DNA of 44,225 bases. Origin: an uncultured Methanomassiliicoccales archaeon. GTDB taxonomy: Archaea; Thermoplasmatota; Thermoplasmata; RBG-16-68-12. Every line of letters begins with the position of its first letter. The stretch's first letter is position 1. Under the pieces are notes generated by a model, which saw only the letters and a list, made by a program, of their open reading frames with translations, made no database searches and was not told the origin of the DNA. The position numbers and the translations under genes are program-made. Below are positions 33,953 through 42,888 of this stretch, in pieces. The DNA is taken from assembly GCA_964348145.1 (NCBI GenBank), contig CAYGBO010000001.1, positions 32,061 through 76,285 of the forward strand, read 5' to 3'.

Positions 33953-34806
33953 AGGCCCGGGCGGTGTGCTTCGGGGCCGGGACGATCGTGAACGCGATCG
34001 CCACGGGGCGCGGAGCGGCCTTCGGTCTCGCCCTGCGTGCGACGGCCACGGCAGTCCCGAGGGGGAAGGAGTCCGAGGTCCGCGTGCATGTTCCCGAGGA
34101 CGTCGATCCGTCCCTCGCGCAGGCCTGCGCCCGCCGGGTCCTCCGCCGGAGCCGGCGTAAGGTCGGGCTCGAGGTGACTGTCGATTCTGAGATCCCGATC
34201 TCTCGGGGGCTGAAGAGCAGTTCCGCGGTGGCCAACTCGGTGGCCCTCGCCTCGTCGAGGGCCCTGGGGCTTCGCCTCGATCCACTGAAGCTCGTGAACC
34301 TGGGCGTGGACGCGGCCCTCGAGGCCGGGGTGACGATCACGGGAGCGTTCGACGATGCCTGCGCCTCCTACTTCGGCGGCGTCGCGGTCACGGACAACCG
34401 TGCGCGTCGCCTGCTCAAGGCAGACCGGCTCATGGAAGGGCTCGTCGTCGTGGTCCACGTGCCGCGCCGCGCGATTGCGAAACGGGAGCTCGCGGGGAAG
34501 GACTTCTCCTCGATCCGGGGGGAGGTGGACGAGGCCTTCCGGCTCGCCCTCGAAGGTGATTACTTCCGCGCGATGGAGAAGAACAGCGCCGCATACGCGC
34601 CCCTCCTCGGGATCGACGAGACGCCGGTCCATCGTGCGCGCGCGGCGGGCGCCATGGCCGCCGGAGTCACGGGCACCGGCCCGGCGATCATCGCCCTGAC
34701 GAAGCCCGCCCACCGGGACGCCGTGGCGAAAGCCCTCGCGGCGGACGACGCGGAGGTCCGGACGGTGGGCCTGAACACGGAGGAAGCCAAGGAGGTCCCT
34801 CCATGA
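33949..34806 (+). CDS. aroK: archaeal GHMP-type shikimate kinase
   Basis: GTIVNAIATGRGAAFGL..., the GHMP motif IPISRGLKSSSAVANSVA, and GVTGTGPAIIAL. The ATG overlaps the aroDE stop (ATGA). Confidence 0.8.
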   Translation: MKARAVCFGAGTIVNAIATGRGAAFGLALRATATAVPRGKESEVRVHVPEDVDPSLAQACARRVLRRSRRKVGLEVTVDSEIPISRGLKSSSAVANSVALASSRALGLRLDPLKLVNLGVDAALEAGVTITGAFDDACASYFGGVAVTDNRARRLLKADRLMEGLVVVVHVPRRAIAKRELAGKDFSSIRGEVDEAFRLALEGDYFRAMEKNSAAYAPLLGIDETPVHRARAAGAMAAGVTGTGPAIIALTKPAHRDAVAKALAADDAEVRTVGLNTEEAKEVPP

Positions 34807-36074
34807 GGTTTCGGGCGACGCCCTCGAAGGTCTCCGGTCGCATCGCCGCGTCCCCTTCGAAGAGCTACACGCACCGTGCCATCCTGCTCGCCGCCCTCTC
34901 CGGAGGTCCGAGCCGCATTGGACGACCCTTGCTCGCAGATGACACCGAGGCGACCGTGGATGGCGTACGGGCCTTCGGCGCGGAGGTGGCCCGTCGCGAC
35001 GGCGACCTCGTCGTCGCATCGAAGGGACTCCGGCCGCCGTCCGGAACGGTCGACGCGAGGAATTCGGGGACGACCCTCCGCCTCCTCGCCGGGGTCGCCG
35101 CGACCCTCGATGGGAGCACGACCCTCACGGGCGACGCGAGCCTCCGGAAGCGGCCCATGGGACCCCTCCTCGACGCCTTGGAGGCCCTCGGCGCGCGCGC
35201 CCGGTCTCTCGGAGGCCGCGGCCTGCCGCCCGTGGAGATCGCGGGGCCCCTGGTCGGCGGCAGCGCATCGATCCCTGGATCCGTGAGTTCCCAGTTCATT
35301 TCGAGCCTCCTCGTTGCCAGCCCCCTTGCCCGGGGCTCCACCCGGCTCCGCGTCCTGCCACCCCTCCGCTCGGAGCCCTACGTGGAGGTCACCCGTGATC
35401 TCATGGCCCAGTTCGGGGCGGAGGTCACGAGGACAGAGGAGGGCTACGAGACCGCCGGAGGTCAAGGGTATCGGGCGACGGACGTAGAGGTGCCCGGAGA
35501 CTACTCCTCCGCGGCCTTCCCCCTCGTGGCGGCCGCCCTCACGGACGGGGACGTGACGGTCGACGGCCTCCATCCGGAGAGTCCTCAGGGGGACCGGGGT
35601 CTCCTCGACGTCCTCCGCTCCTTCGGCGCCTCCGTGGAGGTCGCCCATGACGCGGTACGGGTTCGCGGGGGCCCCCTCCGGGGGCAGAGGGTCGATGTCG
35701 GGAACACGCCGGACCTCTTCCCCGTCCTCGCCGTCCTCGCGACCCAGTCCGAGGGTCCCTCGCGCTTCGTGAACGGCGAGCACCTGCGGCTCAAGGAGAG
35801 CGACCGGATCGAGACGACGGTCGCGCTCCTGAAGGCGATGGGCGCCGACGTGGAGCCCACCCGGGACGGATGCGTCGTCCGAGGGTCCACACGGCTCCGC
35901 GAGGCCTTCGTCGAATCCCATGGAGATCACCGCATCCTGATGGCCGCCGCCGTTGCTGGCCTCGTCGCGGACGGTCCGGTCGACATCAGCGAACCCTCCT
36001 GCTACCGTATCTCCTATCCATCCTTCCTCGAGGACCTTCGGTCCCTCGGGGCCGCCTTCGAGGTGGTACCCTGA
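34803..36074 (+). CDS. aroA: 3-phosphoshikimate 1-carboxyvinyltransferase (EPSP synthase)
   Basis: PSKSYTHRAILLAAL, NSGTTLRLLAGV, LRKRPMGPLLDAL, GSVSSQFISSLL, LKESDRI. The ATGA overlaps the upstream gene. Confidence 0.9.
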   Translation: MRFRATPSKVSGRIAASPSKSYTHRAILLAALSGGPSRIGRPLLADDTEATVDGVRAFGAEVARRDGDLVVASKGLRPPSGTVDARNSGTTLRLLAGVAATLDGSTTLTGDASLRKRPMGPLLDALEALGARARSLGGRGLPPVEIAGPLVGGSASIPGSVSSQFISSLLVASPLARGSTRLRVLPPLRSEPYVEVTRDLMAQFGAEVTRTEEGYETAGGQGYRATDVEVPGDYSSAAFPLVAAALTDGDVTVDGLHPESPQGDRGLLDVLRSFGASVEVAHDAVRVRGGPLRGQRVDVGNTPDLFPVLAVLATQSEGPSRFVNGEHLRLKESDRIETTVALLKAMGADVEPTRDGCVVRGSTRLREAFVESHGDHRILMAAAVAGLVADGPVDISEPSCYRISYPSFLEDLRSLGAAFEVVP

Positions 36075-37144
36075 ACGTCTTCGGATCCCGCTACCGCACG
36101 ACGATCTTCGGCACGAGCCATGGCCCCTTCGTGGGTTGCACGATCGAAGGCCTGCGCGCAGGAACGAAGGTGGACGAAGCCCTCGTTCAGGCGCAGTTGG
36201 ACCGACGTCGGCCGGGTCAGAGCCGCCTCACGACACAGCGTCAGGAAGAGGACCAGGTGGAGTTCTCGACGGGCCTCCGGACGGGCGAGGCGACCGGCGA
36301 GCCGATCGTGGCGATCATCCGGAATCGGGACGTGCGGTCGACGTCCTACACGGACACGGCTCGCGTCCCGAGGCCGGGCCACGGGGATTTCACCGCGCGA
36401 ATGAAGTATGGCGGGAAGAGCGACCTGCGCGGGGGCGGACAGCTTTCGGGCCGCATGACGGCACCCCTCGTGGTGTCCGGCGCGATCGCCCGTCAGGCCG
36501 TCGCACCCCTCGGCGTTCGCTTCTACGCCCACGCGATTCAGATCGGCGGGGTGACCTCGAAGCCCCTGTCCCCGGAGGAGATCGAAGCGAACGTGGAGCG
36601 GACGCCGGTCCGTTGCGCGGACCTCGAGGCCGCGGAGCGCATGATCGCCGCGATCGAGGAGGCCCGGAAGGACCGCGACAGCCTCGGGGGGATCATCGAG
36701 GCCACGGTGGCGGGCCTGCCCGCGGGGGTCGGCGAGCCCTTTTTCGATTCCGTGGAAGCGACCTTAGCCCACCTCCTGTTCTCGATCCCGGCCGTGAAAG
36801 GGGTCGACTTCGGCGCGGGATTCCGCGCGGCGACGATGCGGGGGAGCGAGCACAACGATCCCTTTGCGATTGAGGGAGGGCGCGTGGTCACGTCGACGAA
36901 TTACGCGGGCGGGATCCTCGGTGGCATCACGACGGGGATGCCCGTGACGTTCCGTGTCGTCGTGAAGCCGACGGCCTCCATCGCGAAGCCCCAGCGGTCC
37001 GTGGACCTCGAGACGATGCAGGCCACGGAGACGGTCGTCACGGGACGGCACGATCCCTGCATCGTGCCCCGAGCCGTCCCCGTCGTGGAGAACGTCGCGG
37101 CGATGGGAATACTGGACCTCATGTTCCTGGGAGGATTGGTGTGA
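36071..37144 (+). CDS. aroC: chorismate synthase (apparent CTG start)
   Basis: LNVFGSRYRTTIFGTSHGPFVGCTIEG aligns to the extreme N-terminus of chorismate synthases (M..FG..FR.TT.GESHG). Further motifs are RPGHGDFTA and GGGQLSGRMTA. The only in-frame canonical start is 201 nt upstream, inside aroA. Confidence 0.85.
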   Translation: MNVFGSRYRTTIFGTSHGPFVGCTIEGLRAGTKVDEALVQAQLDRRRPGQSRLTTQRQEEDQVEFSTGLRTGEATGEPIVAIIRNRDVRSTSYTDTARVPRPGHGDFTARMKYGGKSDLRGGGQLSGRMTAPLVVSGAIARQAVAPLGVRFYAHAIQIGGVTSKPLSPEEIEANVERTPVRCADLEAAERMIAAIEEARKDRDSLGGIIEATVAGLPAGVGEPFFDSVEATLAHLLFSIPAVKGVDFGAGFRAATMRGSEHNDPFAIEGGRVVTSTNYAGGILGGITTGMPVTFRVVVKPTASIAKPQRSVDLETMQATETVVTGRHDPCIVPRAVPVVENVAAMGILDLMFLGGLV

Positions 37145-38232
37145 GCGAGGCGGAGATTGCGCGGTTACGTGAGTCAATCGCGGAGGTCGACCGGGAGATT
37201 GTGGCCCGGGTGGCGAAGCGGTTGCATCTCGCAGAGGAGATCGGACTCGAGAAGAAGGCAATGGGTTTGCCCGTTCGCGATCCGGAGAGGGAGGAGCGGG
37301 TGATGGATCGGTTCCTCAAGGATTGCGACGACCGAGGCATCGCGAGGTCCCCCGCGGTGGCCTTGGCCCGGCTCCTCATGGAGGAGAGCGTACGCCGTCA
37401 AGAGGCCGTCGCCCCGCCGAAGCCTCTCCACCGACGTGCTCTCGTCGTGGGCGGCACGGGCGCGATGGGCCGTTGGCTCTGCCGGTACCTGCGATCCCGC
37501 GGCTACGAGGTTGTCGTGAACGACACCCGCGGCCCCCTCGATGGATTCCCCTTCGAAGGCGATCTGGCGAAGGGAGTCGCCGCGGCGGACGTCGTCGCCG
37601 TTTCCGTTCCCGTATCTGCGGCCCCGGGTGTGCTCCGGACGATTGCGTCCCTTCGGCCCAGGGGTCTCGTGTTCGACATCTGCAGCTTGAAGGGCCCCAT
37701 CGAGCGGGATCTTCGCGCGTTGGCCAGGTCGGGCGTCCGAGTCGGGAGCGTGCATCCTTTGTTCGGCCCTGATCTTTGGCCCCTTTCCCAGGGCCGCATC
37801 ACGTTCAGCGATTGCGGCGACCGCGAAGGGATCCGAGACGCAAAGGATTTGTTCCGCGGGAGCGGCGCGTCCCTCGTGGACGTGGACCTGGAGCGGCACG
37901 ACGAAGCGATGGCCCTCCTCCTTGGCCTGAGTCACCTGTCCCTCCTCGCCTTCGCGAGGAGCGCGTCGAGGCATCCGTCCCGCGTCGAGGGGCTCGGGAA
38001 TCCCACGGGCACGACCTTCTCGCGCCTATCGAAGGCCGCGGAGGGCCTCCTGAACGATCCGCCCGAGTTGCTGCGCGACATCCAGATGTTGAATCCCCAC
38101 ACGCCCGCGGTCCACGGGTGGATTCGGGATGCCCTCGAGGAGTGGCGGAGGGCTGCCCTTTCGCCCGGCTCCGGCGAATTCCTGCGACTCATTGAAGACA
38201 CGCGTGCAATCTTCCGAGGTGTATCGACATGA
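37141..38232 (+). CDS. tyrA: bifunctional chorismate mutase (AroQ) / prephenate dehydrogenase
   Basis: The N-terminal IARLRESIAEVDREIVARVAKRLHLAEEIGLEKKAMGLPVRDPEREERV is AroQ-type CM. It is followed by the Rossmann motif ALVVGGTGAMGRWL and VGSVHPLFGP (PDH). The GTGA overlaps aroC. Confidence 0.85.
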   Translation: MSEAEIARLRESIAEVDREIVARVAKRLHLAEEIGLEKKAMGLPVRDPEREERVMDRFLKDCDDRGIARSPAVALARLLMEESVRRQEAVAPPKPLHRRALVVGGTGAMGRWLCRYLRSRGYEVVVNDTRGPLDGFPFEGDLAKGVAAADVVAVSVPVSAAPGVLRTIASLRPRGLVFDICSLKGPIERDLRALARSGVRVGSVHPLFGPDLWPLSQGRITFSDCGDREGIRDAKDLFRGSGASLVDVDLERHDEAMALLLGLSHLSLLAFARSASRHPSRVEGLGNPTGTTFSRLSKAAEGLLNDPPELLRDIQMLNPHTPAVHGWIRDALEEWRRAALSPGSGEFLRLIEDTRAIFRGVST

Positions 38233-39293
38233 GCAAGGTACCCGTGGCCGTCGTCGGAGCAACCGGGAACGTCGGCCAGCGTTTCGTCGGCCTGTTGCAG
38301 GACCACCCGGACTTCGAACTTGCCGCCCTGTGCTCCTCGGAGCGCAAGGTCGGCGGACGTCTCGCCGACTTCTGGAGGCTCGAGGACGTGGTCCTGGACC
38401 CCGCGGTGGGCGCCCAGGAACTTCGACCCCTGGACCCGAAGGTCCTCGTGCGCGCCGGGGTCGGCGCCGCCTTCAGCGCCCTTCCCTCGGACGTCGCGGG
38501 AGCCTTCGAGACGGATGCGGCCCGCGCGGGCATCCGGGTGTTCTCGAACGCCTCCTCGCACCGGATGGACGCGGACGTTCCCATCCTGGTCCCCGAGGTG
38601 AACCCCGATCACATGGCCCTCGTGGAGCGCCAGCCTACGTACCGGAACGGCGGCTTCATCGCCACGAATCCGAACTGCTCGATCGCGGGGCTCGTCCTCC
38701 CCCTCCGCCCCCTCGCGGACGCCTTCGAGTTCACGGACGTGCACGTCGCCACCTACCAGGCCCTCTCCGGCGCCGGCTACCCGGGCGTGGCGTCCATGGA
38801 CATCGTCGGGAATGTGCTTCCGTTCATCGACGGCGAAGAGGACAAGATGCGCCGGGAGGCGAAGAAGATCCTCGGTGCGTGGTCGGACGCCATCGTCGAG
38901 AGCCGGATCGACGTGTGGGCGAATTGCGCCCGCGTGCCCGTCCGGGACGGCCACCTGGAGGCCATCTCGATCCCTCTCCGAGAGGACGTGTCGCCCGAGG
39001 AGGTGGAGCGCGTCCTGGCCTCCTTCCGTGGTGAGCCCCAGCGGCGCGGGCTTCCGACGGCGCCGAGAGAGCCCATCCTCGTGCGGAAGGAGCGGAACCG
39101 GCCCCAGCCTCTCCTCGATGCCCTGGCGGGGGAGCCCGCGAGGGCTCGGGGGATGGCCGCGACCGTGGGCCGGATCCGCGTCGCGAGCCGGCAGCTCCGG
39201 TTCTTCGTGCTCTCCCACAACACCCTGCGAGGTGGCGCCGGGGGCAGCGTGTTGAACGCGGAGCTCGCCCATCGGAGGGGATACCTTGGCTGA
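38229..39293 (+). CDS. asd: aspartate-semialdehyde dehydrogenase
   Basis: VAVVGATGNVGQRF, the active-site NPNCSIAGLVLPL, and SHNTLRGGAGG. The ATGA overlaps tyrA. Confidence 0.9.
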   Translation: MSKVPVAVVGATGNVGQRFVGLLQDHPDFELAALCSSERKVGGRLADFWRLEDVVLDPAVGAQELRPLDPKVLVRAGVGAAFSALPSDVAGAFETDAARAGIRVFSNASSHRMDADVPILVPEVNPDHMALVERQPTYRNGGFIATNPNCSIAGLVLPLRPLADAFEFTDVHVATYQALSGAGYPGVASMDIVGNVLPFIDGEEDKMRREAKKILGAWSDAIVESRIDVWANCARVPVRDGHLEAISIPLREDVSPEEVERVLASFRGEPQRRGLPTAPREPILVRKERNRPQPLLDALAGEPARARGMAATVGRIRVASRQLRFFVLSHNTLRGGAGGSVLNAELAHRRGYLG

Positions 39294-40701
39294 GGCGTGG
39301 ACGGTCGCGAAGTTCGGTGGGAACTGCGTGTCCAGCCCGGGTATGTACGAACGGATCGCGAAGGCTGTCAAGGCGGACCCGTCGCGGAAGTTCCTCGTCG
39401 TGTCGGCCGTCGCCGGCGTGACGGATTCCCTCGTCACCACGGTCGCGAAGCCCCGTGAGGAGAAGGAAATCGACCTGTACGTCTCCGAGTTGCGCCGGAA
39501 GCACCTGAGCCTCCTGCCCAAGTCCCGGAAGGACCACGACGCGGCGGTCGAGGCCCTCGACGCCCTGTCCACAAAGCTCGAGCGTCTCCTCTATGGCGTC
39601 GCGTACACGGAGGAGGTGACTCCCCGCACGCGGGACTTCGTACTCTCGTTCGGGGAGCGCATGTCGGCCCAGATCGTCGCGGCGAACCTGAGGCAGCGCG
39701 GCGTGGACGCCGTTGCCCAGGAGGCGGATCTCGTCGGTCTCATGACGGATGACACATACGGGAACGCGACGGCCCTCCTCGACGAGACGCGCGCCCACAT
39801 GGCCCCCTTCCTGCGGCGCCAGGCCGAGGCCGGACACGTGAGCGTGATCACGGGCTTCTTCGGTCAGTCGCGGGAGGGGAAGACGGCGACCTTCGGCCGC
39901 GGGGGGTCCGACTACAGCGCGGGGGTCGTGGCCCACGCCCTGAAGCTGCGGACCATCGAGATCTGGAAGGACGTGGGCGGGTTCATGAGCGCGGACCCGA
40001 AGATCGTCCCCGAGGCCTTCCCCCTCGCGGCCCTCTCCTACGAGGAGGCGGCGGAGCTGTCCTACTTCGGGGCGAAGGTCCTCCATCCTCGATCCGTGCA
40101 GCCTGCGCGGGCGTGCAACGCGTCGATCGTCCTGAAGAACGTCTTCGAGCCGGAGAAGGTGGGCACGCGAATCGGTCCCGACACCGTGGATCGGACGGGG
40201 GATGTGAAGAGCGTGTCCTACGTGCGCAACCTGGCGACCCTCAAGGTGTTCGCCTCCGGGGGCGGGTACAAGGAAGGACTCCTGTCCCAGGCGTCGACCT
40301 CCCTCGCCCTGGCGGGGATCAGCGTGTACAGCGCGGCGACGTCACAGACCTGCATCGCGTTCCTGATCGACTCGGCGGCGGTCAGTCGCGCGAAGGACAT
40401 GCTCGACCGGATGCCTGGAGGCATCGTGGAGCGGGTCGAGGTGCTTCCCCACGCATCCCTGATCTGCTTCGTCGGCGAGGGGCTCGGCCACGCCCACGGC
40501 GTTGCCGCCCGGGTCTTCCGCGCCGTGGCGGAACTGGGTATCAACGTGCAGCTCATCTCTGCGGGGGCATCCATGGTCGCGTACCACTTCACGGTCGAGG
40601 CGAAGGATCTCGAGCGCGCGGTCCAGGCGGTCCACCGGGAATTTTTCGGCCACAGATATCCTCTGGATACACAGGCGGCGTCCGTGGGCCCTCCGTCATG
40701 A
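39286..40701 (+). CDS. lysC: aspartate kinase with C-terminal ACT domains
   Basis: VAKFGGNCV, VVSAVAGVTDSL, GRGGSDYSA, ELSYFGAKVLHP, followed by two ACT-like repeats. The TTG start overlaps the asd end by 8 nt. Confidence 0.9.
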   Translation: MAEAWTVAKFGGNCVSSPGMYERIAKAVKADPSRKFLVVSAVAGVTDSLVTTVAKPREEKEIDLYVSELRRKHLSLLPKSRKDHDAAVEALDALSTKLERLLYGVAYTEEVTPRTRDFVLSFGERMSAQIVAANLRQRGVDAVAQEADLVGLMTDDTYGNATALLDETRAHMAPFLRRQAEAGHVSVITGFFGQSREGKTATFGRGGSDYSAGVVAHALKLRTIEIWKDVGGFMSADPKIVPEAFPLAALSYEEAAELSYFGAKVLHPRSVQPARACNASIVLKNVFEPEKVGTRIGPDTVDRTGDVKSVSYVRNLATLKVFASGGGYKEGLLSQASTSLALAGISVYSAATSQTCIAFLIDSAAVSRAKDMLDRMPGGIVERVEVLPHASLICFVGEGLGHAHGVAARVFRAVAELGINVQLISAGASMVAYHFTVEAKDLERAVQAVHREFFGHRYPLDTQAASVGPPS

Positions 40702-40732
40702 ATGATTCATGGAGTACAATAAAATACAGTAA

Positions 40733-40747
40733 TGTATAAATATATTG
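40733..40747 (+). promoter_or_regulatory. AT-rich promoter region (TATA-like) for the aldolase-paralogue/trpEGD operon
   Basis: TGTATAAATATATTG lies in the only strongly AT-rich stretch between lysC and the next gene, about 35-45 nt upstream of the ATG at 40779. Confidence 0.45.
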
Positions 40748-40778
40748 CACGGCTTCCATAAAGGAGCATGCGGGGGCG

Positions 40779-41564
40779 ATGATGAATTCTGTAGAAGTCG
40801 CTGCGCGACTCCGCCGGCTCCAGGGTCCGGGGGGACGATACTTCCTCCTCGCGATGGACCACGGGCTGCCCGCGGGCCCTCTTCCGGGTCTCGAGGACCC
40901 CGTGGGCCTCGTACGTCGGATCCGCGGCGCGCCCGTGACGGCCCTCATCGCAAACCCCGGTATCGTGTCCCGTCTCGCCCCCTATCTCGATCCTTCTCGG
41001 GGTCTCATCGTGCACCTTTCGGGAGGGACGGTCTTGGGCCCCCGCCCCTCATCCAAAATCGTGTCCGCATCCGTGGAAGCGGCCCTCGCTCTCGGCGCGG
41101 ATTCGGTCTCCGTTCAGATTCACTTTGGCGATCCGGAAGAGGCCCGAATGCTCTTCGACGCGGGCCGCATCGTCGACGAGGCGACCGCCTGCGGTCTCCC
41201 CGTCCTCGCCATGGCCTATCCTCCTTCCGCACTCGGCGGCAGGAGCGAGGATGTGTCGGCGGCACGGCACGCGGCTCGGGCCGCGGCCGAACTCGGTGCG
41301 AGCGTCGTGCAGACGACCTACATGGGAGGATCCCTGTCCGATGTCGTGCGGTCGTGTCCGGCGCCGGTCGTCGTCTCGGGGGGACCTCGCGTTGCCACGG
41401 AGGAAGGATGGCTCGAGGACATCCGCCAGGCGATCGCCACCGGCGCGGCTGGCGTCAGCGCAGGTCGGAACCTATTTCAGCAGTCGGATCCCGCGGCGTT
41501 CGCCGCCCGGATCGGTGATGTTGTCTTCCGTCCGTCGGATCGCGCGGACCGGGGAGGGGGCTGA
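40779..41564 (+). CDS. DhnA-type class I aldolase paralogue lacking the canonical Schiff-base lysine
   Basis: It is collinear with the 30642..31427 product (LLAMDHGLPAGP, IVHLSGG, VLAMAYPP, VVSGGP, GVSAGRNLFQ). The GADVVKTVYTG position instead reads GASVVQTTYMG (Gln codon 41310-41312). The whole protein contains a single Lys. Confidence 0.75.
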   Translation: MMNSVEVAARLRRLQGPGGRYFLLAMDHGLPAGPLPGLEDPVGLVRRIRGAPVTALIANPGIVSRLAPYLDPSRGLIVHLSGGTVLGPRPSSKIVSASVEAALALGADSVSVQIHFGDPEEARMLFDAGRIVDEATACGLPVLAMAYPPSALGGRSEDVSAARHAARAAAELGASVVQTTYMGGSLSDVVRSCPAPVVVSGGPRVATEEGWLEDIRQAIATGAAGVSAGRNLFQQSDPAAFAARIGDVVFRPSDRADRGGG

Positions 41565-41568
41565 TCCG

Positions 41569-42888
41569 GTGAAACGGGTGCGCCTCGATTCCGACCTGGA
41601 TCCGTACGCCCTTTTCGCCGCCTCCCGGGACGACCATCCCCATGCATTCCTCCTTGAGAGCCTCACAGGTCCGGAACGCCTCGCGGAGCACACCTTCGTG
41701 GGGTTCGACCCCGAAATCATCATCAGCTACCGCGGTGGCGTCCTCCGATTGAACGGCGAGACGAGGAAGACGGATCGTCCCCTAGAGGCCCTCCGCTCGA
41801 CCTTGCGGGAGCGAGCCGCGCCCGACATCCCGGGGCAGTTCATCGGCGGACTCGTGGGCTACGTGTCCTTCGAATTCGTCCGCAACCTGGACTCCGTGCC
41901 GACCCACGCCAACTCGTCCTTTCCCGAGTTCGAGTTCGGGCTCTACCTCGATGGCGTCATCGTGGACCATCGCCGGAGGACCGCAGAGTACATCGCGCAC
42001 GGCCGGTCCCGCGTGGAGGACCTCCCAACGCCCCGGCAGGTGCGCCCCGAGTTCCGCGCGGACCCGGCGGAGCCCCAGGTCCCCCCGGATCGGTTCATGG
42101 ACGCCGTGGCGATCGCGAAGGACCACATCCACGAGGGGGAGGCCTTCCAGATCGTCCTGTCTCGGCAGGATCGGGGCCGTATGTCCGGCGACCCCTTCGC
42201 CTTTTATGAGGCCCTTCGGGCGATCAACCCGAGCCCCTACATGTACTACTTGGACTTTGGCGCCCGTCGGGTCATCGGCTCGAGCCCGGAAATGTTGCTG
42301 CGGGTCGAGGGCCGCACCGCGACGACCTTCCCGATCGCGGGGACCCGTCCCCTCGGGCCGTCGGACGCGGAGACGGAGCGCCTTGCACGGGACCTCCTGG
42401 CGGACGAGAAGGAGCGAGCGGAGCACAATATGCTCGTGGATCTCGCCCGAAACGACCTTGGGAAGGTCTGCGCGTTCGGGAGCGTGCAGGTGCCCCAGTA
42501 CATGGCCGTCGAGCGGTACAGCCACGTCCAGCACATCGTGTCCCGCGTGGAAGGCACCCTCGCACCCCGTCGAGACGCCTTCGACGCCTTCGCGGCCGTG
42601 TTCCCCGCGGGGACCGTGAGCGGCGCGCCGAAGCCTCGCGCCCTTGAGATCCTCCACGACCTGGAGGGCACGGCGCGGGGACCTTATGCAGGGGTCGTGG
42701 GCTACTTCTCCCTCAACGGCAACATGGACACCGCGATCGCGATACGCACGCTCTTCGCGGACGGCCCCACGTACTACCTCCAAGCGGGAGCGGGGATCGT
42801 CGCGGATTCAAGTCCCGAGCGGGAGTGGATGGAGACGGAGCACAAGCTCCGGGGCCTGAAGGCGGCCCTTTCGGAGGGAACTCCGTGA
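41569..42888 (+). CDS. trpE: anthranilate synthase component I
   Basis: LLESLTGPERLAEHTFVG, NPSPYMYYLDFG, GSSPEMLLRV, IAGTRP, AEHNMLVDLARNDLG, GTVSGAPK, RGPYAGVVGYF, AGAGIVADS. The GTG at 41569 is preceded by GGGGAGGGGG. Confidence 0.9.
   Translation: MKRVRLDSDLDPYALFAASRDDHPHAFLLESLTGPERLAEHTFVGFDPEIIISYRGGVLRLNGETRKTDRPLEALRSTLRERAAPDIPGQFIGGLVGYVSFEFVRNLDSVPTHANSSFPEFEFGLYLDGVIVDHRRRTAEYIAHGRSRVEDLPTPRQVRPEFRADPAEPQVPPDRFMDAVAIAKDHIHEGEAFQIVLSRQDRGRMSGDPFAFYEALRAINPSPYMYYLDFGARRVIGSSPEMLLRVEGRTATTFPIAGTRPLGPSDAETERLARDLLADEKERAEHNMLVDLARNDLGKVCAFGSVQVPQYMAVERYSHVQHIVSRVEGTLAPRRDAFDAFAAVFPAGTVSGAPKPRALEILHDLEGTARGPYAGVVGYFSLNGNMDTAIAIRTLFADGPTYYLQAGAGIVADSSPEREWMETEHKLRGLKAALSEGTP

Noticed and set aside
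35870-36070. A GTG start at 35870 for the chorismate synthase ORF, giving a 67-aa extension.
   Set aside because: The extension overlaps aroA by 205 nt and is Arg/Pro-rich junk (MRRPRVHTAPRGLRRIPWRSPHPDGRRRCW...). The conserved AroC N-terminus aligns exactly to the CTG at 36071.
40768-40792. GATGATGA, a C-box-like motif that suggested a C/D box sRNA.
   Set aside because: It is simply the ATGATG start of the aldolase-paralogue CDS. There is no D box (CUGA) at the proper spacing and no terminal stem.
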